This document shows, in pieces, positions 51,071 to 63,655 of a DNA stretch of 64,000 nt. Below the pieces are notes generated by a model. That model was not told where the DNA came from, did not search any database, and was given only the letters and a program-made list of their open reading frames with translations. The position numbers and the translations under genes were made by a program. Position 1 is the first letter of the stretch. Each line of letters starts with the position of its first letter. Origin of the DNA: Scyliorhinus canicula (Eukaryota); assembly GCF_902713615.1 (NCBI RefSeq), contig NC_052168.1:4340001-4404000 (forward strand). The letters run 5' to 3'.

Positions 51071-53370
51071 CTGTGTGTGGAGGGGGGTGGAGAAAGACAA
51101 AGCGATCAAAGGAAAGTTAGCAACAGCCGATTACTATTAGCTACCGACCGATATGAAACGTGCTTCAGTTCCTCATCCTGTAAAAGCATGTCAATGGCAA
51201 CTTGCACAACCCCGGGGAATCATCCCAAAATATTTAACAGCCAATTCAGTACTTTCCATTTGAAGCTGGATGTTGGGATACACAAATCGGCGAATTTGAA
51301 CCCAAGCTCCGACCAACAGCACTGATAACAACCAGATCATGTTTTTATTGATGATGGTGAATGAGGGATAAATATTGACCCACATTCTGGGAGAATTCCC
51401 CCCCCCCGAAACTTGCCATAAACAGGTCCAGGCAACAGGCGACCCGAGGGGGGGGGTCCAACTTAATTCTGTGTTCAACTTTTTATACTATGTTTTCAAA
51501 TGAGGCATTTCTGGTTAAGCTGTTTTAATCTGAGCCTGGTCTCACGACTATATATTTGAATTTGCTGGACAAATTCCCTTTGCTGCGGCTACATTCACAG
51601 CCGAGTGTCCCTCGAGAGGGAGCACTCAGTGCCTAGAAGCACCGTGGAGGCCTTCCGTACCCAGTTGGTACCGCGGTGTCTGGGGTGCCTTATTGACCCT
51701 CAATCACATTTTGGTTTTTTTTAAATTTTTTTTTTTATAAATTTAGATTACCCAATTATTTTTTCTATTAAGGGGCAATTTAGAGTGGCCAATCCACCAA
51801 CTCTGCACATTTTTGGGTTGTGGGGGCGAAACCCACGCAGACACGGGGAGAATGTGCAAACTCCACACGGACAGTGACCCAGAGCCGGGATCGAACCTGG
51901 GACCTCAGCGCCGTGAGGCGGTTGTGCTAACCACTAGGCCACCGTGCTGCCCTAATCACATTTTGTTTTAACGTTTGAAGCTTCATTTGCGATTTGTTCT
52001 TTGTCTCAGACAATGTCCCTCAGGGGGAGCTGCCCCTTTAAGCTGTCCCGCAGTTTATTTGATTTAGTTTAATTGGTTACTTCAAAATAGGGGCGGACTC
52101 CACTACTCTTTTGAAATAGTGCCAGGGGATCCTTTACGTCCACCTGCTGGACTGGTTTCACCTCTCTCATTAAAGTGACATTACAGCACTCCCTTCCTGG
52201 CCAGTTTGGACTGGAGCCCACGACCAGCTTCCTTCCCACACACTGCACAACTTCTGCAAGTTTAATAAAGGTTCCTGGATGACGGCGCTCACACGTCATT
52301 CTGCACAGTGGTTAGCACTGTTGCTTCAAAGCTCCAGGGGTCCCAGGTTCGATTCCCGGCTTGGGTCACTGCCTGTGCGGAGTCTGCATGTTCTCCCCGT
52401 GACTGCGTGGGTTTCCTCCGGCTGCTCCGGTTTCCTCCCACAAGTCCCAAAAGGTGTGCTGTTTTGTGAATCGGACATTCTGAATTCTCCCTCCGTGTAC
52501 CCAAACAGGCACCGGAATGTGGCGACTAGGGGCTTTTTCACAATAACTTCATTGCAGTGTTAATGTAAGCCTACTTGTGAAAATAAAGTTTATTATTATT
52601 ACAACTCCTGGGCGCCTTACGCTGGCGGCCCGTGTGAACAGGAGTGAATTCAGATTAACTCGGGGTCCTTCGCAAAGTAGATCTCAGGTCACCAGTCACC
52701 ACTGCGACTTTCGCAAGTCTTATATTATTCACTTCGCCAAAAGAGGGGGAGCTGCTACAAGGATGTCGGTAAGGAAACATTCCCCAGCTCCGACAGCCAG
52801 AGGTGGTGGGAGTGGGGTCTTCAGTGAGCCCCCCATGGTGCCCAACCCAATGCTGGAGTTCTCGTTTCACCGCGGACACCACCGGCAAGGCCAGAATCTA
52901 TTTGCCAGTTTGTCAGTCGCCCCCTTGAAATGAAAAATGAAAATCGCTTATTGTCATGAGTAGGCTTCAATTAAGTTACTGTGAAAAGCCCCTAGTCGCC
53001 ACATTCCGGCGCCTGTTCGGGGAGGCTGGTACGGGAATCGAACCGTGCTGCTGGCCTACTTTAAAAGAGAAGGCGGTGACGAGCCATCTCCTTGGGCCAC
53101 TGCAGCCCAGGGGGGGGGGGGGTAACTGACCCATTGCCTTGTCAAGGTGAAGGTGCTCTTCCCCCCCCCCGGTGTAGTTTTACTGGACAAGGAGTTTCTG
53201 AACATCTCTCAGGAGGCGATCGAGAAAGAAATACTTTTTCAGAATGTGGGCATCATTGGCAAAACAGATAATTGCCCATCCCCTAGCTGCCTGGATAACC
53301 ACCTGGTGAGCCATTCAAGTCCAAGAATCTGAATTAACACCACGTCCTACTACCAGCAGGCTCCACTTAC

Positions 53371-53487
53371 TTAGATGATCGTACTCCCAGATGTAACTGA
53401 TGAAAATGTAACCAGCCAGCATCATAGCAACACCACCGATCCCACCTCGCCTCACGTTGATGTACTTGTTGTAATACCGGTTATGGC
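53371..53487 (-). CDS. ATP5MF: ATP synthase membrane subunit f, exon 3 (contains the TM helix)
   Basis: ccctctgtag| 117 nt |gtaagt; GHNRYYNKYINVRRGGIGGVAMMLAGYIFISYIWEYDHL(K), with the RYYNKYINV signature. Confidence 0.96.
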
Positions 53488-54179
53488 CTACAGAGGGATT
53501 GGGGGGGGGCAAGGTAAAACAGCATGGGCACAAGTTAAAATGCAGTTATTACCAACCCGTCCACAGAGGAGCCTGGCTTTACACAATTTAAAATCAGTGA
53601 AAATCCCAGGGCTGTTACTCGTTATTTTTGTGTCGGTGAAAAGCTGCACCTAGCAATTAAACTCTCAAACAAGTAGCTTCTTACACATCGCACCTTTCTC
53701 CCCAAAGACTCGTTGTTCCAGGAATAACTGACCCATTCTCCTCTTGAGTGTCTTGAGAGGCATCAAAATGAACCAGAGCCACATGGGCGCTTTCTTTTTA
53801 AAAAGATTACATTTAGAGTATCCAATTATTTTTTCCAATTAAGGGGCAATTTAGCGTGGGCCAATCCACCCATCCTGCTCATCTTCGGGTTCTGGGGCGA
53901 AACCCACGCAAACACGGGGAGAATGTGCAAACTCCACACGGACAGTGACCCAGGGCCGAGATCGAACCAGGGTCCTCGGCGCCGTGAGGCAGCAGTGCCT
54001 AAGTGGACAATGAAGGGCAGGAATATTTACTGTTTTGTCCCCTCTAGTTCCCCATAGTTTTACTTCACCCTCCTTAATCCAGGACCCACTGACTCCACCC
54101 CCTCCTCCTCTCCTTCTATAGCTTGCCTTCAGCACAGGCCATTGACAGACGAGCACACTTAGACAGGCACTTCCTGGAT

Positions 54180-54216
<37 letters not shown>

Positions 54217-54598
54217 GGAAGAAGAGAGCATACGGGGTGTCCGCCGGCGCAATCGAGGTATTCCGTTCCCACTGGGCACCGCGGGGGCTGGACTTTTCAA
54301 AAATCAACCCCCATTTTGTTGCGATGCTCTACGATTCCTTTGCGATTCCGTTGCTTTGATGCGTTACCCTTTAAGGGGCGGCCTTGAATTTATCCCTCAA
54401 TTTGTTGGTTTTAGTTCAATACTTGGTAACCCAAAAGAATCACAACCGGCCCCCAATTCAATCACGCGGACGTGTCAAACGATGTGCTGTGCAGGGAAAA
54501 GGGGCAAGGGGCACAGAGAAAGCAACAAGTGTGCCTGTTTCCCCGTGACAATTTGGGGCACAATTATCCGCGGGGGAGGGGTGGGTGATCACACTTAC

Positions 54599-54706
54599 CT
54601 CGGCGCAAAGACGCTAGAATGCCATTGGGAGTGAAATCTCGCCCGGTGATCCATCGCGACAGCTCCCCCAGCTTCACGTCCATTAGACGCTTCTCCACGA
54701 CTGGAA
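54599..54706 (-). CDS. ATP5MF: ATP synthase membrane subunit f, exon 2
   Basis: ttttgtttccgtgcccgcag| 108 nt |gtaagt; (V)PVVEKRLMDVKLGELSRWITGRDFTPNGILASLRR(G) matches the subunit f VKLGEL..W...RDF.P motif. Confidence 0.96.
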
Positions 54707-55338
54707 CTGCGGGCACGGAAACAAAAGGGGTCAACGTGGGAGGGGGGGGGGGAATCACCAGATAATAATTGGTTACAGTTTTCTTCTCAATTATTTTTTC
54801 ACGGGAATCACCGAGGATGTCACTGACCAAGTCGGCATTCGCTGTCCGACCTTTGTTACCCTTGAGGTGCTGGTGAGTCACCTTCTAAAACCATTACTGT
54901 CGCGTGCAGTGGGCAAAATGCAACGGTCACCCTGGTTCAGTTGGGTGGCCGGATCATGAAGATTTCTGGGTATAAGCCCGGCTCCACAGGCAGATGACCC
55001 AGGCAAAGGCACAACACACACACAAACCCCCTTCCATAACCAGTCCAAAATCTCTGCCCCATCCAGAACCATTTTAACATCCCCTGAAGAATTAATCTCC
55101 ATAGAATCCCAACAGTGCAAAAGGAGGCCATTCATCCCATCCAGTCTGCACTGACCCGCTGAAAGAGCACCCTACCGAGACCCACTCTCCTGCCCCATCC
55201 CCGTGACCCCACCTAACCTTTTGGACACGGAGGGGTAATTTAAGCCTGGCCGATCCACCTAACCTGCACACCTTTGGGCTGTGGGAGGAAGGCTGGGGCA
55301 CCCGGAGGAAACCCACACACACACGGGGAGAACTTGCA

Positions 55339-55438
55339 NNNNNNNNNNNNNNNNNNNNNNNNNNNNNNNNNNNNNNNNNNNNNNNNNNNNNNNNNNNNNN
55401 NNNNNNNNNNNNNNNNNNNNNNNNNNNNNNNNNNNNNN
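55339..55438. other. Assembly gap (100 N)
   Basis: N run between oppositely oriented SINEs. Confidence 1.
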
Positions 55439-56249
55439 TGTGTTTCTCGCAGGGCAGCACGGTAGCATAGTGGTTAGCACAATTTCTTCACAGCTCCAGG
55501 GTCCCAGGTTCGATTCCCGGCTTGGGTCACTGTCTGTGCGGAGTCTGCACATTCTCCCCGTGTCTGTGTGGGTTTCCTCCGGGTGCTCCTTGTTTTCCTC
55601 CCACAGTCCAAAGATGTGCGAATTAGGTGGATTGGCCATGTAAAATTGCCCTTAGTGTCCAAAAAAGGTCAAGTGGGGGTTACTGGGTTACAGGGATAGG
55701 GTAGATACGTGAGCTTGAGTAGGGTGCCCTTTGTAAGGCCGGTGCAGACTCGATGGGCCAAATGGCCTCCTTCTGCTCTGTAAATTCTTTGATTCTCAGC
55801 GTTGCGAGCGCAAGTAAACATGTGGCTAAACGCACACGCTCTGGGACTTTGCTCCCAGTTTCGTAAAATCGCACCCATAGACGATCCGTGGCAGGTGGAA
55901 TTTTCATAGAATTTACAGTGCAGAAGGAGGCCATTCGGCCTATCGAGTCTGCACCGGCTCTTGGAAAGAGCACCCTACCCAAGGGCAATACCTCCAGCCT
56001 ATACCCATAACCCAGTAACCCCATCCAACACTAAGAGCAATTTTGGACACTAAGGGCAATTTATCATGGCCAATCCACCTAACCTGCACATCTTTGGACT
56101 GTGGGAGGAAACCGGAGCACCCTGAAGAAACCCACGCACACACGGGGAGGATGTGCAGACTCCGCACAGACAGTGACTCAAGCCGGAATCGAACCTGGGA
56201 CCCTGGAGCTGTGAAGCGATTGTGCTATCCACAATGCTACCATGCTGCC

Positions 56250-56935
56250 CACGGTTTGACCCTGAAAAGTACAAGGTGATGCATTTTGCAAGGAGTAACA
56301 TGGTAAGGGAGCACTCAGTGAATGGCAAGACTCTAGGAAGCTCAGAGGGATCTTGGGGTGCTTGTCCACAGATCCCTGAAGGTGGCAGGACAGGTTATTG
56401 GGGTCATTAAGAAAGTATAGGGGACACTTGCCTTTATCAGTCGTGGCGTAGAATCTAACAGCAAAGAGTTTATGTTGGAGCTGTACAGAACGTTAGTGAG
56501 GCCACTGTGTGCAGTTCTGGTCACCTCACTGGAGGAAGGATGTGATTCCACGAGAGGGGATGCAGAGGAGATTCACTAGGATGTTACCCTGGGCTGGAGC
56601 AGCCGAGCTTATGCAGAAAGGCTGGATAAGCTCAGCTTGTTTTCCTTGGAGCAGGGAAGGCTGAGAGGGATCTGATTGAGGTGTGGAAGATTATGAGGGT
56701 GGATAGGAAGCAGCTGTTCCCCTTAGTTAAAGAATCAATAACGAGGGGGAGGGGGGCATAATTTTAAGGAGGGGCGGGGCAGGAGGTTTAGAGGGGATTT
56801 GAGGAAAAGCATTTTCACTCAGAGGGCGGTGGGAACTGGATGGCACTGCCCGGGAGGGGAGCAGTGACCGTAAATCTCACAACCTTTAGCACTTGAAATG
56901 TCGCAACATTCAAGCAAGTGCTGGGAAGTGGGATT
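56250..56935 (+). mobile_element. Old CR1 LINE fragment
   Basis: Degenerate PEK.KVMHF, LYRTLVRP and RLRG.LIEV motifs. Confidence 0.8.
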
Positions 56936-56936
56936 A

Positions 56937-57353
56937 ACAAAGAACAAAGAAAAGTACAGCACAGGAACAGGCCCTTCGGCCCTCCAAGCCTGCGCCGACC
57001 ATGCTGCCCGTCTAAACTAAATTCTTCTACACTTCCTGGGTCCGTATCCCTCTATTCACATCCTATTCATGTATTTGTCAAGATGCCCCTTAAATGTCAC
57101 TATCGTCCCTGCTTCCACCACCTCCTCTGGCAGCGAGTTCCAGGCACCCACTACCCTCTGTGTAAAAAAACTTGCCTCATACATCTACTCTAAACCTTGC
57201 CCCTCGCACCTTAAACCTATGCCCCCTAGTAATTGACCCCTCTACCCTGGGAAAAAGCCTCTGACGATCCACCCTGTCTATGCCCCTCATAATTTTGTAG
57301 ATCTCCATCAGGTCGCCCTTCAACCTCCGTCGTTCCAGTGAGAACAAACCGAG
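56937..57353 (-). mobile_element. Young CR1 LINE 3' fragment
   Basis: Near-identical to 655-1075 and to the reverse complement of 63235-63655. Confidence 0.92.
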
Positions 57354-58158
57354 TTCACAGTGATTAGTGTAGATTTAATGCAGTTTTGTCAGTGCAGAGT
57401 CGATGGGCCGAAGGGTTTCTTCCGTACTGCGTGATTCTTCTGAAACAATTTATCTAAATATCAACTGAAACTTTCTTGGGAGGAACTTGCGCTCATAAAC
57501 ACCAAAATAGATTCTCATGCTATTGCCAATCCTCGGAGCGTGTAACAGTTTGTAACAATCCCAGCCTGAAGCTATGCCCTGGGTAGGCTCCAATAGTGCT
57601 GGGAAGGAAATATGAAGACATTCTCTGATTGAACGAAGATTCTAGGGGCCTTGCTGATTGTTTTATTTTCAATGCCAGCGTCATCGATGAAGAAAATATC
57701 GCAAGGGTGGAAAACACGGCTCCCGCGCAGGTTCGCAGTGGGCTGACTCGACCCTCTTCACACTTGTTTTTGTCAATGCTCGGCCTCCTCGATGTCGAAA
57801 ATAAACCCAGCTGCGCCAAGCGCGAAAATGGAGACGCACGCAGCGCTGGAACCCTGCTCGCCGAAGAGCAGAAAATAAACTTCCCCTTGTGCAGCAATGT
57901 GACTGAACACACTTTGTTCGTACAGCAGCCAAGTAACCTGCTGTGGTTTCCTGTGGTTTCAAAGGGGAAATTTGCAGCTTTGGGTTAGCCCATGGCTCTT
58001 TATCCTTCACTTACGAAGCACTCATTGCAACACCTGTGCAGCGAACAGCGGAAAAGCGAACTCGCTAACTGCTTCGACGTGCCAAGAAGTCTCCCCAGCA
58101 AAGGCAACTGGTATTTGTGTAGCACCTTTCACTAGGTTCAAAGCACCCCAAAAACTTC

Positions 58159-58586
58159 GGGCGGGATTCTCCAATCCCGCGGCAGAGTGTCCACACCGTC
58201 GTAAACGCCGTCGCGTTTTACAGCGGTTCGCGCCGCTCCGGCTACCAATCCTGGTGCGAACTGTGCGCCGCGGGAGCCGCGCATGCGGAGTGGCGCCGGC
58301 AGCAACAAGGACATGCGCAGTGGCTCCCTTCAATGCGCCGGCCCCGACGCAACATGGCGCAGGACTACAGGGGCTGGCGCGTGTAGGAAAGGTGGCCCCC
58401 AGGCACAGAGGCCATCGGCCCATCTAGGCCGGAGAATCAGCAGACCAGCCGCGTAGAGCAGCCTCCGACCGGCGGTGCCAATGGCACCGATTCTCCGCTT
58501 TGCAGAGAATCGCGATCCGGAATCGGGGTGGTGTGGCCCGTTCGCAGGGATTCTCCGGCCTGGCCCATGGCTGGGAGAATCCCGCC
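58159..58586. mobile_element. GC-rich TIR element (internally deleted relative of 3293-3981)
   Basis: Perfect 13-bp TIRs GGCGGGATTCTCC / GGAGAATCCCGCC; shares gccggccccgacgcaacatgg with 3293-3981. Confidence 0.78.
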
Positions 58587-60825
58587 TTCATGTGAGAAAT
58601 TGCCAAACAAAATCTGACATCAAAATTCCACATAAGGAGATATTGGGGCGGGTAAGAGAGGTTTTAAGGAGTGAGGTTTTTTTAAAATTGAGAGTACCCA
58701 ATTCTTTCCTTTCTAATTAAGGGGCAATTTAGCGCGGCCAATCCATCTACCCTGCACATCTTTGGGTTGTGGGGGTGAAACCCACGCAGACACGGGGAGA
58801 ATGTGCAAACTCCACACGGACAGTGACCCGGGGCCTGGATCGAACCTGGGACCTCAACGGCGTGAGGCAGCAGTGCTAACCACTGCACCACCGTGCCGCC
58901 TTTTGAAGTGAGTTAAAGGCGGAGTGGTTTAGGGAGGGAATTTCAGAGGTTAGGGTCCAGGTAGCTGAAACACGCAGCCACTAGGGCGAGGAGGGAGGGG
59001 GGCAAGGGGTGGAGGGACGGACAATGGAAATCAGGATGCACCAGAGACCAGAGTCAGGAAGCACAGAGATCTCAGAGAGTCGAGGGGCTGGAGGAGGTTA
59101 CAGGCATAGGGAGGGCCGAGGAATGAGAAGGCTTCCGATATTGATCCCCAAGCCATTTCTTCACCAGCGTGATACTGGGGCTGAAAACTCAAATAATAGG
59201 ATGGACGACCTCAAGATGAGAGACAGGCCAGTCGCACAAAGAGGACTGAACCTGGCTCTCTCCACCAAAGAGTTGTTCGTGTTGGGGGTCAACGTTCGAG
59301 AATCAAGCGGATGGATTTCTGCAGAGTAAGGAAGTTGAGGGATATAGAACAAAGTGTGTGTTTGTGTGGGGGGGGGGGGTAAATTAAACTAATACAGGTC
59401 AGTCATGATTAATTTGGGGCAGCAAGGCGGAGCAGTGGTTAGCATTGCTGCCTCACGCCGCCGAGGACCCGGGTTTGATCCCGGCCCCGGGTCACTGTCC
59501 GTGTGGAGTTTGCATATTCTCCCCGTGTTTGCCTGGTCCTCACCTCCACAACCCAAAGATGTGCAGGGTAGGTGGGTTGGCCGTGCTAAATTGCCCCTTA
59601 ATTGAAAAAAAAGACACGATCAATTTGCTGGGTGAAGCATGTCCGAGGGGCTGAATGGCCTCCTCTTATTCCTATTTTAACACAATCCAATGTGGTAGGC
59701 AAGTGTCGGAATAAAAAATTAATTGAAACCTCTTTCACTGGCTTCAAACCCATGGGTCTCCTCATCAGGATTAAGGAGGTCGCTGGGGAGCAGTCCATTA
59801 ATATTGGCGCATGAAATATCAATGGGGTAGAAGGGGAAACTTCATCAGGCAGAGTCCCAGAGAGAAACCGCCTGCCAGGCGTGGGTCTAAATCAGAATAA
59901 GAAGGGATGTTGCTTCAGAAAAGGGATGCCCAGAAGTTATTTGAATGTTTGAAGTAACAGTATGGAGAAAGCTCTGCTCCGTATCTACCCTCAAAGCCAT
60001 ACCTACCCTGGGATCACATAGGAGTCGGCCATTTGGTCGCTTGAGATCATAACTAGATCATACCTGATCTCCTACCTCAATGCCAACCCCCAGCATTACC
60101 CCCAAATCCCTTAATGTCAATGGTATCCTGAAATTTATCAGCCTCCGCTTTGAACATCTTCAATGACTGAGTCTCCGCAGGCCTCTGGGATCGAGAATTG
60201 CAAAGAGTCAGCACCCTCCGACTGAAGGAATTCCCCCTCCTCTCGGTCCTAAATGGCCAACCTCTTATTCTGAGATTGTACCCTAGACTGTTCTAGACCC
60301 TGAGCCCATCCAGGGGAAAGACCCTTCCTGCATTCTCCCTGCCGAGCTCTGTAAGAACTTTGTACACATCGAAAAGATCATCTCTCATTCTTCAACATTC
60401 GAGAGAATACAGGACCAGTCACTTCACTTTTTCTCATTGGACAACCGTGCCATCCCAAAGATCAGTCCAGTGAACCTCCATTGCACTCCCTTGGTGGTCA
60501 GTATCTCACCATAGAATTTACAGTGCACAAGGAGGTCATTCGGCCCATCGAGTCTGCACCGGCCCTTTGAAAGAGCACCCCACCCAAGCCCACGCTTCCA
60601 CCCTATCCTTGTAACCCGGTAAACCCACCAAGGGACAATTTTAGCACGGCCAGTCCACCTAACCTGCACATCTTTGGACTGTGGGAGGAAACCGGAGCAC
60701 CCGGAGGAAACACACGCACACACGGGGAGAACGTGCAGACTACACACAGACAGTGACCCAAGCCGGAATCGAACCCGGGGTACCTGGAGCTGTGAAGCAT
60801 CAGTGCTAACCACTGTGCCACCCCT

Positions 60826-60957
60826 TGCTGTACCTGTCCTGGGAGTGTTTGATGGGGACAGTGTAGAGGGAGCTTTACTCTGTATCTAACCCGTACTGTA
60901 CCTGTCCTGGGAGTGTTTGATGGGGACAGTGTAGAGGGAGCTTTACTCTGTATCTCA
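60826..60957. repeat. Same 69-bp minisatellite, about 2 copies
   Basis: Near-identical unit to 7445-8192. Confidence 0.93.
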
Positions 60958-62914
60958 CCTTCTGCTCTATTTGATAACTGAAGGGCAGTTTGACAAGAGA
61001 AGTCACTTTGCTGGGATGATACCCCATGTCAACCACTGTCAATGAGACAAGCTCCAAGAGAGCTCCTGTTGAAGGCGGGAGCTACATTCCCCCCCTCCCC
61101 CTGGTCCTGAACACTCTGTTTGGGAGCGAGTTAACTAACAGCAGGAAGTGAAATGGGGAAACTTCTGTTTGAACATAGCAACCAAAAAGAAGTTGATCAT
61201 GTGCCTCCATCGTCAGTTCGGTTCATTGCCCACATTTCACCAAAGTAGAGATTAGGCCATTGGAGGAAGGATGAGGTGCCTCCTGATATCTGCAGTGTTT
61301 AACCCATTATTCTCATACTGAGCCATCCGATATGGATTATTGAAAGCCGTTGCAACACTGAAAGCCGATTCAGATCTGTTGCGCATGATTGTTTTTGTTG
61401 GAAGGGGAAAGAGGAAGTCACAATGCCACAGGAAGTATTTTTATAATCAGGCTGGACAGACCTACCCACAAACCCCCGGCATCTGGGACAGGCGAAAGTC
61501 TCCTGTTTTGGACGGGAGGCAAGTTGTGAGTTCCTACTCTACATACATTGACATAGTGGGACGTTCGTGGAATTCCGAGCTTCAGTGCGGATGCATTCTC
61601 CATTCCCGAGGAATGAATGATCCCAGATAGAAGGAAGGAACCTAATTCCTGACATCTCCCCTGTATCACCCATCAGCAGTCAATGCAACCGGTCCTCCAC
61701 GTTTAACCTTATTGGCCCCGCTGTCATTCTGGAGAATCCGCATTGTTTACCCCCCTCAAAGGCTAATATAAGCATTGGCAACAGAGACGCATTGGGCAGC
61801 ACGGTAGCACAATTGGATAGCACTGTGGCTTCACAGCGCCAGTCCCAGGTTCGATTCCCCGCTGGGTCACTATCTGTGCGGAGTCTGCACGTTCTCCCCG
61901 TGTCTGCGTGGGTTTCCCCCGGGTGCTCCGGTTTCCTCCCACAGCCCAAAGACGCGTAGGTTAGGTGGATTGGCCGTGATAAATTGCCCTTAGTGACCAA
62001 AAAAGATAGGAGGGGCCATTGGGTTATGGGGATAGGGTGGAAGTTGGTCGGTGCAGACTCAATGGGCTGAATGTCCTCCTTCTGCACTGTATGTATGTTC
62101 TATGTTCAACATCAACCAGGGAAGGTGAGGAAGAGAGAGAGAGAACGTCAGTGTTAATTTCTAATCTCCAACAGCAGTCCTTCTTGACAATTGAATTCTG
62201 ACTTTGCGAAACGCTGAATGTCGCGTTGCAGAACGTGGGCGGCTACACTACGCAAACTCTTTCTGCAAAGCTGCGATGCCGCACCGAGAGGCGATCATTC
62301 CACTCACACATTCTTGCAGAACCGACTTCCTGAATGACAGAAGGAAAACAACATAAAAAGCAATTACAACAACCCCCCCCCCCCCCCCCCCCCACCCCCA
62401 CCCCGCTTCTGTCAGCAAACCTCCCAGCTCCCTTCGCCCACTGGAGTTATTCATATAGAGAAACAGACATAGAAAATAGAAGCAGGAGGAGGCCATTCGG
62501 CCCTTCGAGCCTCCTCCGCCATTCATAATTATCATGGCTGATCATCAAGTTCAATACCCTGATCCTGCCTTCCCCCCATCCCCCATATCCCTCGACCCCT
62601 TTAGCCCCGAGAGCTGTCTCTAATTCCTTCTTGAAATTACCCAGCGTTTTGGCCTCAACTACCTTTTTTGAGATATTTTTATTAAGGGCATTTTGCACAT
62701 GTACATAAAAGTCTCAGAAGACCAAATATCACCATGAACAGACGATCCTGGCCCCCAACATCCTCTGATACTAACACCCCAACGCACCCCACCTTCTTAA
62801 TTTCCCCCCCCCCCCCCCCCTCCTTAACTACACACACACCCCTCCTCTTCCCCGCTGGACCCCTCAATCCACCTTGAAGAGATCAATGGACGGTTCCCAC
62901 CTCTGGGTGACCCC

Positions 62915-63655
62915 TCAAGAGTATTGACAGTCAGAAGGACCTGGGTGTACAGGTCCACAGGTCACTGAAAGGGGCAACACAGGTGGAGAAGGTAGTCAAG
63001 AAGGCAGACGGCATGCTTGCCTTCATTGGCCGGGGCATTGAGTATAAGAATTGGCAAGTCATGTTGCAGCTGTATAGAACCTTAGTTGGGCCACACATGG
63101 AGTATCGTGCTCAATTCTGGTCGCCACACTACCAGAAGGATGTGGAGGCTTTAGAGAGGGTGCAGAAGAGATTTACCAGGATGTTGCCTGGTATGGAGGG
63201 CATTAGCTATGAGGAGGGGTTGAATAAACTTGGTTTGTTCTCACTGGAACGACAGAGGTTGAGGGATGATCTGATAGAGGTCTACAAAATTATGAGGGGC
63301 ATAGACAGGGTGGCTAGTCAGAGACTTTTCCCCAGGGTAGAGGGGCCAATTACTAGGGGGCATAGGTTTAAGGTGCGAGGGGCATAGGTTTAGAGGAGAT
63401 GTGCGAAGCAAGTTTTTTACACAGAGGGCAGTGGGTGCCTGAAACTCGCTGCCGGAGGAGGTGGTGGAAGCAGGGACAATAGTGACATTTAAGGGGCATC
63501 GTGACAAATACGTGAATAGGATGGGAATAGAGGGATACGGACCCAGGAAGTGTAGAAGATTTTAGTTTAGATGGGCAGCATGGTCGGCACAGGCTTGGAG
63601 GGCCGAAGGGCCTGTTCCTGTGCTGTACTTTTCTTTCTTCTTTTGTTCTTTGTTC
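62915..63655 (+). mobile_element. Young CR1 LINE 3' fragment
   Basis: ORF 62983-63387 encodes the CR1 ORF2 C-terminal region; HER1-type 3' tail. Confidence 0.93.
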
